Origin: an uncultured Acidobacteriota bacterium
GTDB lineage: Bacteria; Acidobacteriota; Thermoanaerobaculia; Multivoradales; UBA5704
Reading direction: 5' to 3'
Length of the DNA stretch: 64,000 bases
Assembly (NCBI GenBank): GCA_963770895.1
Contig: CAVYRF010000001.1
Span: forward strand, 1,280,001 to 1,344,000
A program made the position numbers and the translations under genes. Below are positions 45,905 to 55,837 of this stretch, in pieces. Under the pieces are notes generated by a model. It saw only the letters and a program-made list of their open reading frames with translations. It had not been told where the DNA came from and made no database searches. Numbering within the stretch: the stretch's first letter is position 1; each line of letters begins with the position of its first letter.

Positions 45905-47125
45905 ATGCCCTCGAAGCGCTCAGCCGCCGGCGGACCGCGCCGCTCCCGCCGCCTGCGCTGGGACGCCGCCAGCAACGCCCTGACCCGCGCCGCCGCTGAG
46001 CGCCGCGAGCGGCGCCTGCCGGTCTTCGACCTGACCCAGAGCAACCCGACGCGGGTCGGCCTGGACTACCCCGACGACCATCTGGCCGAGATCCTGCGCC
46101 GGGCCGCGCCGCCGGCCTACGATCCGCAGCCGCGCGGCCTGCCCGCCGCACGCGAAGCGCTGGCCGCCGCCCTGTCGCGGCCGGGCGACGCGGTGGACCC
46201 GGGCGACCTGGTGCTGACCGCCTCGACCAGCGAGGCGTACTCCCACCTGTTCAAGCTGTTCGCCGATCCGGGCGGCCAGGTGCTGACCGGCGCCCCCGCC
46301 TATCCGCTGCTGGACATGCTGACCGCGCTCGACTCGCTGTCGCTGCGCCACTTCCGCATGGAGCCGGGCCGCCGGCGTTTCGCCCTGGATCCGGGCGCGG
46401 TGGCGCGGGCCGTGTCGCCGCGTACCCGCCTGCTGGTCGTCGTCCATCCCGGCAATCCCACCGGCAGCTACCTGTCGGAAGCCGAGCATCGCGCGGTCGA
46501 TGCGCTCTGCGCGCGCCGCGGCCTGCCGCTGGTCTCGGACGAAGTCTTTCTGGACTATCCCCTGCACGCTGCGCCCGCCCCGCGCAGCCTTGCCGCGGCC
46601 GGCTGCCAGGCGGTCACCCTGGCGCTCGGTGGCTTGTCGAAGAGCGCCGTCCTGCCGTCCTGGAAGCTGGGCTGGATCCGCGTCGCCGGCCCCCCCCGCG
46701 CGCGGCGCCGCTGGCTCGCCGGCCTGGACCTGATCGCCGACAGCTACCTGTCCGTGTCGGCCCCGATCCAGCGCGCCCTGCCGGAGCTCCTGGCCCTCGC
46801 CCCGCGCCTGCGCGCCCCGCTGCAGCAGCGGTTGCGGGCCAATTTCGGCCGCCTGAACGCCGCCTTCGCCCAGCTGCCCGCGGTCGAAGTCCTCACCCCC
46901 GAAGGCGGCTGGTCCGCCGTGCTGCGCGTCCCCCGCGTCGCCAGCGACGACGAGCTGACCCTTGGCCTGCTGGCCCGCACCGGCGTCCTGGTCCACCCCG
47001 GCTATTTCTACGACTTTCCGGGCGACGGCTACCTGGTCGTCTCGCTGCTGCCCGAACCGACTCTCTTTGCGGACGGGGCGAGCCGGCTTGCGGCCCACCT
47101 GACCGAGCTGCTGCACCTGCCGTAG
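45905..47125 (+). CDS. PLP-dependent aminotransferase class I/II
   Basis: PGNPTG, SDEVF, GGLSKS..KLGW. Confidence 0.9.
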   Translation: MPSKRSAAGGPRRSRRLRWDAASNALTRAAAERRERRLPVFDLTQSNPTRVGLDYPDDHLAEILRRAAPPAYDPQPRGLPAAREALAAALSRPGDAVDPGDLVLTASTSEAYSHLFKLFADPGGQVLTGAPAYPLLDMLTALDSLSLRHFRMEPGRRRFALDPGAVARAVSPRTRLLVVVHPGNPTGSYLSEAEHRAVDALCARRGLPLVSDEVFLDYPLHAAPAPRSLAAAGCQAVTLALGGLSKSAVLPSWKLGWIRVAGPPRARRRWLAGLDLIADSYLSVSAPIQRALPELLALAPRLRAPLQQRLRANFGRLNAAFAQLPAVEVLTPEGGWSAVLRVPRVASDDELTLGLLARTGVLVHPGYFYDFPGDGYLVVSLLPEPTLFADGASRLAAHLTELLHLP

Positions 47126-47270
47126 CTCCGCGCGCGGCACGGTCTGGGGGCGTTTGCCGCCGCGGCAGGCTCAGGGCCGTGCCGGACGCGGCAACGCCCG
47201 CGGCGCGCGTCCGGCGGCGCCGCGGGCGTCCCTGCGGCCGCGTGCGGCCGCGGTGCAAGGTGTGCCGCGC

Positions 47271-48446
47271 CTACGGGCCGAAGTGGCGCGGCGTGCAGGC
47301 GCTGTCGTAGCGCACGGCGTTGTTGCCCAACGTCAAGCTGCTGGACACCGTCCACGACTCCATCACCCACGCCTGGGCGACGGTGGAGTCGAACGGCGGG
47401 TCCGGTATGCCGGAGACGCTGTTGTTGAGGTCGAGGTAGTACCAGCCGGATGTGTAGGGCGTGGGCAGCGCCGAGCTGCCGACGACGACCTTCTGCGCCA
47501 CGGCGGGGAAGGGCTTGGTGGACAGCAGGCTGTAGGCGCCGGCGTCGGAGATGGCGTAGGCGGACTCCTGGCCGAGGGGATACCACGTCGGCAGGGTGCC
47601 GCAGGTAAAGGACCCCTGCGCCACCTTGGAGTCGCGCCAGACGATCAGCGAAGTGCCGGCCGGCACGAAGCGGGCGGCGAAGATGGTGGCCAGCGGCTCG
47701 CGGTTGTCGACCGCCGTCCAAGCGTCGTACTCACCGTAGAAGGTGTACTTGCCGGAGGTGGAGGTGCTGGCGTTGGTGCTGTCGGCGACGATGTGGACCA
47801 GCGGGTGGTTCTCCGACAGGTTGGTCGAGGTGGTGACGTATTGGAAGTCGCCGAACAGCGAATTCTGATTCGCGAAGATCGCCGAGCCGCCGGCAGCGAA
47901 TACGCCGGGGTCGGTCTGGATCTCCAGCGTGCAGGAGTTCACCGTGTCGAACGTGACGTAGCCGCGGGCCACGGTGTCGCCCAGGTAGCGGCCGCCGCAC
48001 TTGCCGCTCCACAGCGGGCTGGCCTGGCCGAACAGCGCCAGCTGGTAGTTGTCGATCTGCGTGCCGGTGAGGTTGGCCGGCGGCAGAAATCCCGTGCACG
48101 AGCTATACGACGCGGGGGCGCTGGTCGACGGCAGCACGCCGCGCTCCAGGATGTCGCGCATGTTGAAATGGATGTCCTGATAGGGGTTCAAATAGAAATC
48201 GAAGCTGAACACCGGCACCCCCAGGTCGGTCCACACCACCGCTTCGACCAGGGCGCCCGAGCCGAAGGCGTTGCCGACGGTGACCTGGGTGGTCCTGCCG
48301 GTGCTGGTGCTCAGGTCGACCTCGAAGTAGGGCAGCAGCAGCGTTGCCGCCGGGGTTTCCTGGATGGCGCAGGCGTCGAGCGCCGAGCCGGTACGGCAGA
48401 CGATGGCAAACGCGAACGTCGCCAGAGCGATCGCTTTACGATTCAT
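47271..48446 (-). CDS. Secreted hypothetical protein (PAATLLLPYFEVD motif)
   Basis: AGGAGGAGG RBS, signal peptide, Cys-containing beta-rich sequence. Confidence 0.82.
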   Translation of the reverse strand: MNRKAIALATFAFAIVCRTGSALDACAIQETPAATLLLPYFEVDLSTSTGRTTQVTVGNAFGSGALVEAVVWTDLGVPVFSFDFYLNPYQDIHFNMRDILERGVLPSTSAPASYSSCTGFLPPANLTGTQIDNYQLALFGQASPLWSGKCGGRYLGDTVARGYVTFDTVNSCTLEIQTDPGVFAAGGSAIFANQNSLFGDFQYVTTSTNLSENHPLVHIVADSTNASTSTSGKYTFYGEYDAWTAVDNREPLATIFAARFVPAGTSLIVWRDSKVAQGSFTCGTLPTWYPLGQESAYAISDAGAYSLLSTKPFPAVAQKVVVGSSALPTPYTSGWYYLDLNNSVSGIPDPPFDSTVAQAWVMESWTVSSSLTLGNNAVRYDSACTPRHFGP

Positions 48447-48666
48447 GAGTCGCCTCCTCCTTGGTAATCGGCGGCGCCGATGGCGCCGCCGCCTGAAACC
48501 TTGCGAACCGGCAGGGAGGCAGGCCGCGACGTGGCTGCCGCTCAACCGCTCCCGATCCGGAGATGCGGAGATAGGCGGCCGGCGGGGACAGGATGTTACG
48601 GCGGAGGAAGGAAAAGGGGGGCCGGCGGCGCGACCGGCCTGCCGACCGGCCCCCAAGGTTGTAAGG

Positions 48667-50301
48667 TTACAACCTCTTGCTGGCGGCAGCGGTACCGGCC
48701 GGCGCCGCGACCGCCTTGGCCAGGGCGGCGCGGATGTCCTGCCAGGGCGTCAGGCCGTAATGCATGCCGAACACCGTGCGCACCGCCAGGTGCTCGCGCT
48801 CGACCGCGGCGACCGCTTCGGCCAGGTATTCGGGAGTGAACCAGGCGGCGTCGCCGGCGGGCGCGAACAGGTCGCTGGTGTACAGCAGCTGCGTCGCCGG
48901 GAAGTAGACGATCATCTGCCGCTCGCCGGTCTGGCTGCGATAGGGATAGAGCACCACCCGGTTGGCGCCGTCGCCCACCGCGGTCGCCGCGGCGACCAGG
49001 CGCAGGTCGGCGGCGCGCGGATGGCGCGCCAGCTCGTCCGGGCGCGCGGTGTGCGACGCCGCGGACAGCCGCTGCAGGATCGGCCGGTCCAGGTCGAGCG
49101 CGTACACCGGGATGCCGTGCGCCACGTATTCGCGCAGGCCGCCGATGTGCGGCCACGAATCGGACGTGGTGATCACTCCCTTGACCGGCAGCGCCGGGAA
49201 ACGGCGCGCCGCCTCCGCCAGCACCTTGACCGAATAGCCGGACGAAATAGGCCCCTCCAGGACCAGCACGCCGTCGCTCTGGGCGATCAGCGTCACGTTC
49301 CACGAGCCCGGAATGTGCACCACGCCGGGCGCCAGGTCGGTGGCGGGCTGCTGCGGCGAGCCCAGCGGGATCTCGTCGATGGTGTGCCGGCCCTTGATCG
49401 ATGCGTCGCGCACCTCGGCCGGGACGGCAAACTCCGCCGGCTTGAGCCGTGGATTGAGCACCACCGAGGTGATCGTGAGGCTCGAGTCGGGGAGTCCGTT
49501 GCGCTCGACCGTCCACTGCCGCGGGTAGCGCAGGCCGCCGGGCTCCAGGCTCCAGGTGGACCACACGGTGCGGGTGGTGATGTCGCCCCAGACGTTCCAG
49601 AACACGTCGTAGGGGCGGGGCCGCCGCAGCTCGATGGCGGTGGGTAGCGCGGTGTAGCCGTTGAGGAACACGCGCACCGGGGCGCCGGACCAGGTCCAGG
49701 CGACGACGTGATGGGTGAAGCCGTGCAGGTTGCTATCTGCCGCCACGGTCAGGTCGGGCGCCGCCAGCGCGGTGAGCAGCAACCGCTCGGGGCCGAGCGC
49801 CAGGTCCTCTTCCGCGTCCTGCACCGTCGCGCTGCTGTAGCGCACGAACTTGCCGTCCTGCTCGAGCGCCGAGGCGCCGCCGGTGACCACGAAGGTCGTC
49901 GGCGTCCAGCTGGTCGATTGCAGCCACCAGTCGGGCGACGAATAGCCGCGGTCGGCGGAGGTGACGCGCAGCTGCCCGCCGGCCAGGTCGCGGATCTCGT
50001 GCAGCTGGTAGTAGTCCTGGAACCACGGCCCTTCGGGGCGCTCCGACTGCTCCAGCATGTTGCGGTTGCCGACCGCCTCGATCTCCACGGCGTCGACCGA
50101 GCGCAGCACCGTCTCGCCGCCCATCGCCTTGACCGACTTGCGCACCAGGTCCAGCGCGCGCTGGTGGTCGGCCGCCGTCGCGCCCGGCGCCTGGGCGCCT
50201 GCCGGGGCGGCCCCTGTCGCGACCATCGCCAGCGCCGCCACCATCACCGCCATCGCCGCGCCGGTCCCTCGTCGCCGTGCCGGCTGATCCATGCTCATCA
50301 T
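48667..50301 (-). CDS. Secreted metallo-beta-lactamase-fold protein with a degenerate metal motif
   Basis: Signal peptide; LAPGV..GVLVLEGP, ITTSDSWPHIGG, LLYTSDL, GMH. Confidence 0.75.
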   Translation of the reverse strand: MMSMDQPARRRGTGAAMAVMVAALAMVATGAAPAGAQAPGATAADHQRALDLVRKSVKAMGGETVLRSVDAVEIEAVGNRNMLEQSERPEGPWFQDYYQLHEIRDLAGGQLRVTSADRGYSSPDWWLQSTSWTPTTFVVTGGASALEQDGKFVRYSSATVQDAEEDLALGPERLLLTALAAPDLTVAADSNLHGFTHHVVAWTWSGAPVRVFLNGYTALPTAIELRRPRPYDVFWNVWGDITTRTVWSTWSLEPGGLRYPRQWTVERNGLPDSSLTITSVVLNPRLKPAEFAVPAEVRDASIKGRHTIDEIPLGSPQQPATDLAPGVVHIPGSWNVTLIAQSDGVLVLEGPISSGYSVKVLAEAARRFPALPVKGVITTSDSWPHIGGLREYVAHGIPVYALDLDRPILQRLSAASHTARPDELARHPRAADLRLVAAATAVGDGANRVVLYPYRSQTGERQMIVYFPATQLLYTSDLFAPAGDAAWFTPEYLAEAVAAVEREHLAVRTVFGMHYGLTPWQDIRAALAKAVAAPAGTAAASKRL

Positions 50302-50446
50302 GTCGTCTCCTTCTGCCAGGTCGGCCGCGGGTGGCGGCCTGGGGCAGAGGAACGCAGCGCGGCGGCGAAAGTTGCGTTGCCGGCGGCGACCGGGCGGCTG
50401 CGCGGCGGATGAAACATTGCCGCGCAGCGCGGCGTAGGATCGAGGC

Positions 50447-52948
50447 ATGAGCGACTTTCGCCAGGACGTGCAGTTCGCCATCCGGACTCTCGCCAAGCAA
50501 CCCGCCCTGGCGGTGGCGGCGATCCTCACCCTGGCGCTCGGGATCGGCGCCAACACCGCCATCTTCAGCGTCGTCGATGCGGCGCTGCTCAAGCCGCCGC
50601 CGTTTCGCGAACCGGGCCGGCTGGTGATCGCCTGGTCTTCCAATCCCGACCTGGCAAGGCAGGCGGGCCTCAAGGACAAGCTGCCGGTGTCGTACGGCGA
50701 CTTTTACGACTGGCAGCGGTCGCTGCGCTCGTTCTCGCACCTGGCGCTGGCGGGCGGCTCGCACGTCACCATGTCCGGCGCAGGGGAGCCGGTGCAGCTG
50801 GGCGCCGTCGCCGCGACCGCCGACTTTGCCGCCACCCTGGGCACGCCGGCGCTGCTCGGCCGCACCCTGCTGCCCGCCGACGACGTGCCGGGCGACCCCA
50901 GCGTCATGGTGCTGTCCTACAACTTCTGGCAGCATCGCTTCGGCGGCGACCCGCGGGTGCTCGGCCGCAAGGTCTACCTGGATCGGCATCCGGCCACGAT
51001 CGTCGGGGTGATGCCGCCGCGCTTCGCGTTTCCGCGCGGTTCCGACATGCCGGCGGGCTTCGGCTTCGCCGGCGATCCGGACGCCTGGATCCCGCTCGGC
51101 CTCACTGCCGAGCAGCGGCAGAACCGCGGCGGGCACAGCGCCATCGCCTTCGGCCGCCTGCGGCCGGGGGTGGGGATCGCCGGCGCCGAAAAAGAGCTGC
51201 GGGCGCTCTGCGGGCGCCTGAGCCGCGAGCACGCCGACACCGAAACCGGCTGGAGCGCCTACCTGTCGCCGCTCGGCGAAGAGCTGGTGAGCAACATCCG
51301 GCCGGCGCTGCTGGTGCTGTGGGCCGCCGTCGGCTGCGTGCTGCTGATCGCCTGCGCCAACGTCGCCAACCTGCTGCTGGCCCGCGCCGCCTCGCGCCAC
51401 AAGGAGATCGCCGTGCGCACCGCGATCGGCGCCAGCCGCGGCCGCCTGGTGCGCCAGCTGCTGACCGAATGCGGCCTGCTGGCCCTGGGCGGCGGCATCC
51501 TGGGCGTCGGCCTGGCGGCGGTCGGGCTGCGGGTTTTCGGCGCCCTGGTGCCGGCCGGCCTGGCCGGCGCCGCCACCTACACGCTCGACCTGGGAGTGCT
51601 GGCCTGGACGGCCGGGCTGTGCTTTGTCGCCACGCTGCTGGCCGGCCTTGTGCCCGCCCTGCAGATGAGCCGCCCCGACCTGGCCGAGGCGCTCCGCGAG
51701 GGGACGCGGGCCGGCGCCGGCGGCGTCGGCAGCCGGCGCACGCGCGGCGCTCTGGTGATGGCGGAGGTGGCGCTGGCCGTGGTGCTGCTGATCGGCGCCG
51801 GGCTCCTGCTGCGCAGCTTCGAGCGCATCCTGGACGTGGACCCCGGCTTTCGCACCGCGCAGGTGCTGTCGTTCCAGCTGGACCAGGCGCGCGACCAGCG
51901 GCCGGGTCCGCAGCTCGAACGGTTCTTCGAGCGCATGAACGCGCGCCTGCAGTCCCTGCCGGGGGTGGTCGCCGCCGGTGCGGTGTCCAACCTGCCGCTG
52001 GGCGGCGACGACGACATCAACGGCTACAACCTGGAAGGGCGGCCGATGGCCAATCCCAACGATTTCGTCGTCGCCGACGACCGCGAGATCCTGCCGGGCT
52101 ACTTCGAGACCATGGGCATCCCGCTCAAGCGCGGGCGCTATCTGGGTGCCTCCGACACCGCGAGCGCGCCCAAGGTCGCGGTCATCAACGACGCCATGGC
52201 GCGCACCTACTGGCCGGACCAGGACGCCATCGGCAAGCGCTTCCGCAGCGCGGCGCCCGAAAAGTCCCAGGCCGAGGACCCGAAGAACCCCTGGGTCACC
52301 ATCGTCGGCGTGGTGGGCAGCGTCCGCCACAGCAGCCTCAACGCCGACCCCCGCCCGCAGGTCTACAAGCCGGCGGCGCAGGTCACCGAACACATGGTGC
52401 CCAGCGAATTCGACTTCGTGCTGCGCACCGGCGGCGATCCCGCCGCGCTCACCACCGCGGTGCGCCGCGCCGTCCACGAGCTGGACCCCGACGCGGCGGT
52501 GTCCCGCATCCGCACCCTCGACCAGGTGGTTGCCTCGTCGGTCGCCCCCCGCCGCTTCAACCTCCTGCTGCTGGGGCTGTTCGCCGGCCTCGCTCTGGCC
52601 CTGGCGGCGGTGGGGATCTACGGCATCACCTCCTACGCCGTGGTGCAGCGCACCCGCGAGCTGGGCCTGCGCCTGGCCCTGGGCGCGCGCCCCAGCGCGC
52701 TGCTGCGCCTGCTGCTGGTGGAAGCCCTCTGGCTGGCCGCGGCAGGCCTCATCGCCGGCCTGGCCGCCGCCCTGGTGCTGACCCGCGTCCTCACCTCGCT
52801 GCTCTACGGCGTCGGCTCGACCGACCCCCTGACCTTCGCCGCCGTCTCCCTGGGCCTGCTGCTCATCGCCCTGCTATCCGCCTGGGTCCCCGGCCGCCGC
52901 GCCACCCAGCTCGACCCGATGATCGCCCTGCGCGCCGACGCCATCTGA
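50447..52948 (+). CDS. ABC transporter permease, ADOP family
   Basis: QDVQFAIRTL, LALGIGANTAIFS, LLIACANVANLLL, QRTRELGLRLALGA, DPMIALR. Confidence 0.95.
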   Translation: MSDFRQDVQFAIRTLAKQPALAVAAILTLALGIGANTAIFSVVDAALLKPPPFREPGRLVIAWSSNPDLARQAGLKDKLPVSYGDFYDWQRSLRSFSHLALAGGSHVTMSGAGEPVQLGAVAATADFAATLGTPALLGRTLLPADDVPGDPSVMVLSYNFWQHRFGGDPRVLGRKVYLDRHPATIVGVMPPRFAFPRGSDMPAGFGFAGDPDAWIPLGLTAEQRQNRGGHSAIAFGRLRPGVGIAGAEKELRALCGRLSREHADTETGWSAYLSPLGEELVSNIRPALLVLWAAVGCVLLIACANVANLLLARAASRHKEIAVRTAIGASRGRLVRQLLTECGLLALGGGILGVGLAAVGLRVFGALVPAGLAGAATYTLDLGVLAWTAGLCFVATLLAGLVPALQMSRPDLAEALREGTRAGAGGVGSRRTRGALVMAEVALAVVLLIGAGLLLRSFERILDVDPGFRTAQVLSFQLDQARDQRPGPQLERFFERMNARLQSLPGVVAAGAVSNLPLGGDDDINGYNLEGRPMANPNDFVVADDREILPGYFETMGIPLKRGRYLGASDTASAPKVAVINDAMARTYWPDQDAIGKRFRSAAPEKSQAEDPKNPWVTIVGVVGSVRHSSLNADPRPQVYKPAAQVTEHMVPSEFDFVLRTGGDPAALTTAVRRAVHELDPDAAVSRIRTLDQVVASSVAPRRFNLLLLGLFAGLALALAAVGIYGITSYAVVQRTRELGLRLALGARPSALLRLLLVEALWLAAAGLIAGLAAALVLTRVLTSLLYGVGSTDPLTFAAVSLGLLLIALLSAWVPGRRATQLDPMIALRADAI

Positions 52949-52958
52949 TCCCCGCCGC

Positions 52959-52979
52959 CGCTGCGCGGGAAGCGCAGCG
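52959..52979. terminator. Hairpin between convergent genes
   Basis: cgctgcgc-gggaa-gcgcagcg. Confidence 0.4.
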
Positions 52980-52990
52980 TAGCGCATGGC

Positions 52991-53203
52991 TCAGCGCGCG
53001 GTGCGAGGTCGCCGTGCCTCTTCGATCCTCGCCAGGTCGAGCGCCCCAGACCCTCGCAGCCGCTCGACGTGCCGCATCACCCTCTGATCATCCACGAGCC
53101 GTTGCAGGGCGGCATTCACGGTCTCCTTGCTGGAGCCGCTCCCGGAGACGCTCCGCGCCCGCGCCAGCAGGTCGTCATCGATCTCGACAAGTCGTTTGGT
53201 CAT
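52991..53203 (-). CDS. vapB: VapB-family antitoxin (no adjacent toxin)
   Basis: MTKRLVEIDDDLLARAR...KETVNAAL ribbon-helix-helix signature. Confidence 0.75.
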   Translation of the reverse strand: MTKRLVEIDDDLLARARSVSGSGSSKETVNAALQRLVDDQRVMRHVERLRGSGALDLARIEEARRPRTAR

Positions 53204-53236
53204 GCGGCACCCGCAGCGCGGAGGCCGGCGGGCCGT

Positions 53237-54367
53237 TCAGTGCGTCAGGTCGTCTGGGGCTGGCTCCGCACCGGGTGCGCGGAGCGCCTGGGAGAGGCGG
53301 CGCAGGCCCTCCGCGACGTCGGCGGGAACGGTGGCGAAGCCCAGCCGGAAATGGCGCGGGGCGTCGAAGAAGCGGCCGGGCACGATCGAGGTGTCCAGCC
53401 GGCGCAGGCGATCGTGCAGCGCCGTGCTGTCGTCTTCGCGCAGCAGCCGCGGGAAGATCATCATGGCGCGGTCGGGCAGCACGGCGTCGAGCCAGTCCCG
53501 GTGCTCGGCCAGGAAGTCGCGCATGCGGTTCCAGTTGGGATCGATGATGGCGCGGGCGCGCGCGGCCAGGCGCGGCAGCTGGCGGAAGGCGGCCAGCGCC
53601 AGGGCGTCGCTCGGCATCGAATTGGTGGCGGCCATGAAGTCGTGCAGGCGCCGCAGCCGCGCGATGACGTCCGGCGCGCCCAGCACCCAGCCGCAGCGCA
53701 GGCCGCTCAAGCCGTAGCACTTGGTGAGGCTGCCGGTGGCCAGCACGTGCGGCCCCAGGTGGACGTGGCTCAGCGGCGCCAGGTCGCCCCACAGGTCCTT
53801 GTACACCTCGTCGACCAGCAGGTGCGCTCCCGCCCGCTCGGCCAGCCGCGCCACCTCCGCCACCTCGTCGTGGCTGGCGAGCACGCCGCTCGGGTTGTGC
53901 GGATTGGTCAGCACCACCAGGCGGACGTGGCCATCCAGCTGGGCGCGCAGCTCGCCCGCGTCCCAGCGCCAGCCGTGCTGGAAGCGGCGGCGGAAGCGGC
54001 GCAGGCGCGCCCCCAGCCAGGACAGCGCGGCCAGCAGCGGCTCGTAGGCCGGCTGCTCGACGAGCACCGTGTCGCCGGGCGAAACCAGCGTGGCGAAGGC
54101 CAGGAAGTTGGCGCCCGACGTCCCCGGCGCGGTGATCACCTGGCGCGCCTGGACGCCGTAGCGCTCGCCGATGGCGGCGAGCAGCGGCGCGTAGCCGTCG
54201 TGGTTGGGACCGTTGACCTGGATGTCCGCCGGCGCCAGCTCCAGGTCTTCGGTGGTGCAGCCGGCCAGGCCGCTGTTGGCCAGGTTGTAAGGCGCCGCCG
54301 CGTGATCCTTGGCCCAGCGCATGTAGACGCTGCCGCTGACGCGGGCCGGCTGTTCGTGCTCAATCAT
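53237..54367 (-). CDS. PLP-dependent aminotransferase class I/II
   Basis: TNPHNPSG, VDEVY, SLTKCYGLSGLRCGW. Confidence 0.92.
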   Translation of the reverse strand: MIEHEQPARVSGSVYMRWAKDHAAAPYNLANSGLAGCTTEDLELAPADIQVNGPNHDGYAPLLAAIGERYGVQARQVITAPGTSGANFLAFATLVSPGDTVLVEQPAYEPLLAALSWLGARLRRFRRRFQHGWRWDAGELRAQLDGHVRLVVLTNPHNPSGVLASHDEVAEVARLAERAGAHLLVDEVYKDLWGDLAPLSHVHLGPHVLATGSLTKCYGLSGLRCGWVLGAPDVIARLRRLHDFMAATNSMPSDALALAAFRQLPRLAARARAIIDPNWNRMRDFLAEHRDWLDAVLPDRAMMIFPRLLREDDSTALHDRLRRLDTSIVPGRFFDAPRHFRLGFATVPADVAEGLRRLSQALRAPGAEPAPDDLTH

Positions 54368-55766
54368 TGGAGGCATTGGTGGAGGCATTGGAGGCGGGAG
54401 CGGGCGGCGTGGCGGCGGCCAGGCGGCGGGCGCCGGCGGCGCGCCACAGCAGGTAGGCGGGGACACCCATCGCCATCACCGCGGCGGCCAGCAGGGCGTC
54501 GCGCGGCGCGGCGAAGAACAGGTTGACGACGATCGCCACCCCGGCCAGGCTGAACAGCAGCGGCACCCAGGGGTAGCCGGGAGTGGGGAAGGGGCGCGGC
54601 GCGGCCGGCAGCTTGCGGCGGAAGACCAGCAGCGACACTCCCGCCAGGGCAAAAAAGATCCAGTCGGCAAAGACGGCGTAGCTGAGCAGCCGTTCGTAGC
54701 TGTGGCTGAGGGCCAGGGCGGCCGCCAGGGCGCCCTGCAGCAGGATGGCGGCTACCGGCACGCGGAAGCGTGGGCTGATGCGGGCGATGGCGCGAAAGAA
54801 CAGGCCGTCGGCGGCCATGGCGTAATAGACGCGCGGCGCGGTCAGCAGCGCGTGGTTGAGGAAGCCGAAGGTCGACACCACGATCAGGGCGCTGATCGCG
54901 CTGCCGCCGGCGCGCCCGAGCACGCGCGTGGCGGCGTCCGCCGCCGGCGTGCGGGTGGCGGCCAGCACCGGCGCCGACAGGATGTGGAGGTAGGCGAAGT
55001 TGGCGCCCACGTACAGCACGATCACCACCGCGACGCCGATCAGGATGGCCCGCGGCAGGTTGCGCTGCGGGTCGCGCACCTCCTCGGCGACGTAGTTCAC
55101 CGTCTGCCAGCCGCCGTAGGAAAACATCGTCGGCACCAGGCCGGCAAAGAAGGCCGAAAACAGCAGCCAGCCGTGCAGGCCCGGCGGCGTCAGCGGCCGC
55201 ATCGGCAAGCCCGCGGAGCGCGAAAAGGCGAACACGGCGACGATCAGCGCGCCCAGCGCCAGCACCTTGGCGGTGGTGATGACGTTGATCACCATCGATC
55301 CGGGCCGCACCCCCAGCGCGTGGAAACCGGCGAGCGACAGCACCACCGCGGCCCCCAGCCACGGCACCACCGCTTCCGGCAGGCCGAACAGCGGCACCAG
55401 GTACTGGGCGAAAGCCACCGCCACCGCCGCGGTGGCGCCCGATTCGATGATCAGCAGCAGCGACCAGCCGTGCAGGAACGCCACCAGCGGGTGGAACGCC
55501 TCGCGGAAGAAGGCGTACTGGCCGCCGACCCGCGGCATCACCGTGCTCAGCTCGGCAAACACGAACGCCCCGGCGAGCGCCAGCGCCCCGCCCGCCACCC
55601 AGACCCCCAGGATCAGGAAGGGTGTGCCGACGGCCCGCGCCACCACGTACGGATTGATGAAGATGCCCGAGCCGACGATGCCGGCCACCACGATCATCGT
55701 GGTGTCGAACAGGTTGAGCCGCCGCGCAAAGGTGGCGGCCTCGGGGGTGGGCGCGCTGGGCTCCAT
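54360..55766 (-). CDS. APC-family amino acid permease
   Basis: GIVGSGIF, AEL..P..GG.Y, FSYGGW..AEEVRDP, RVYYAMA.DG. Confidence 0.94.
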   Translation of the reverse strand: MEPSAPTPEAATFARRLNLFDTTMIVVAGIVGSGIFINPYVVARAVGTPFLILGVWVAGGALALAGAFVFAELSTVMPRVGGQYAFFREAFHPLVAFLHGWSLLLIIESGATAAVAVAFAQYLVPLFGLPEAVVPWLGAAVVLSLAGFHALGVRPGSMVINVITTAKVLALGALIVAVFAFSRSAGLPMRPLTPPGLHGWLLFSAFFAGLVPTMFSYGGWQTVNYVAEEVRDPQRNLPRAILIGVAVVIVLYVGANFAYLHILSAPVLAATRTPAADAATRVLGRAGGSAISALIVVSTFGFLNHALLTAPRVYYAMAADGLFFRAIARISPRFRVPVAAILLQGALAAALALSHSYERLLSYAVFADWIFFALAGVSLLVFRRKLPAAPRPFPTPGYPWVPLLFSLAGVAIVVNLFFAAPRDALLAAAVMAMGVPAYLLWRAAGARRLAAATPPAPASNASTNASND

Positions 55767-55837
55767 GGACTGGCGCGCCAACCCTATCACGGCCGCCGGC
55801 GGCGGCCGCGACAGCAGGCGCCGGCGGCCATGCCCCC

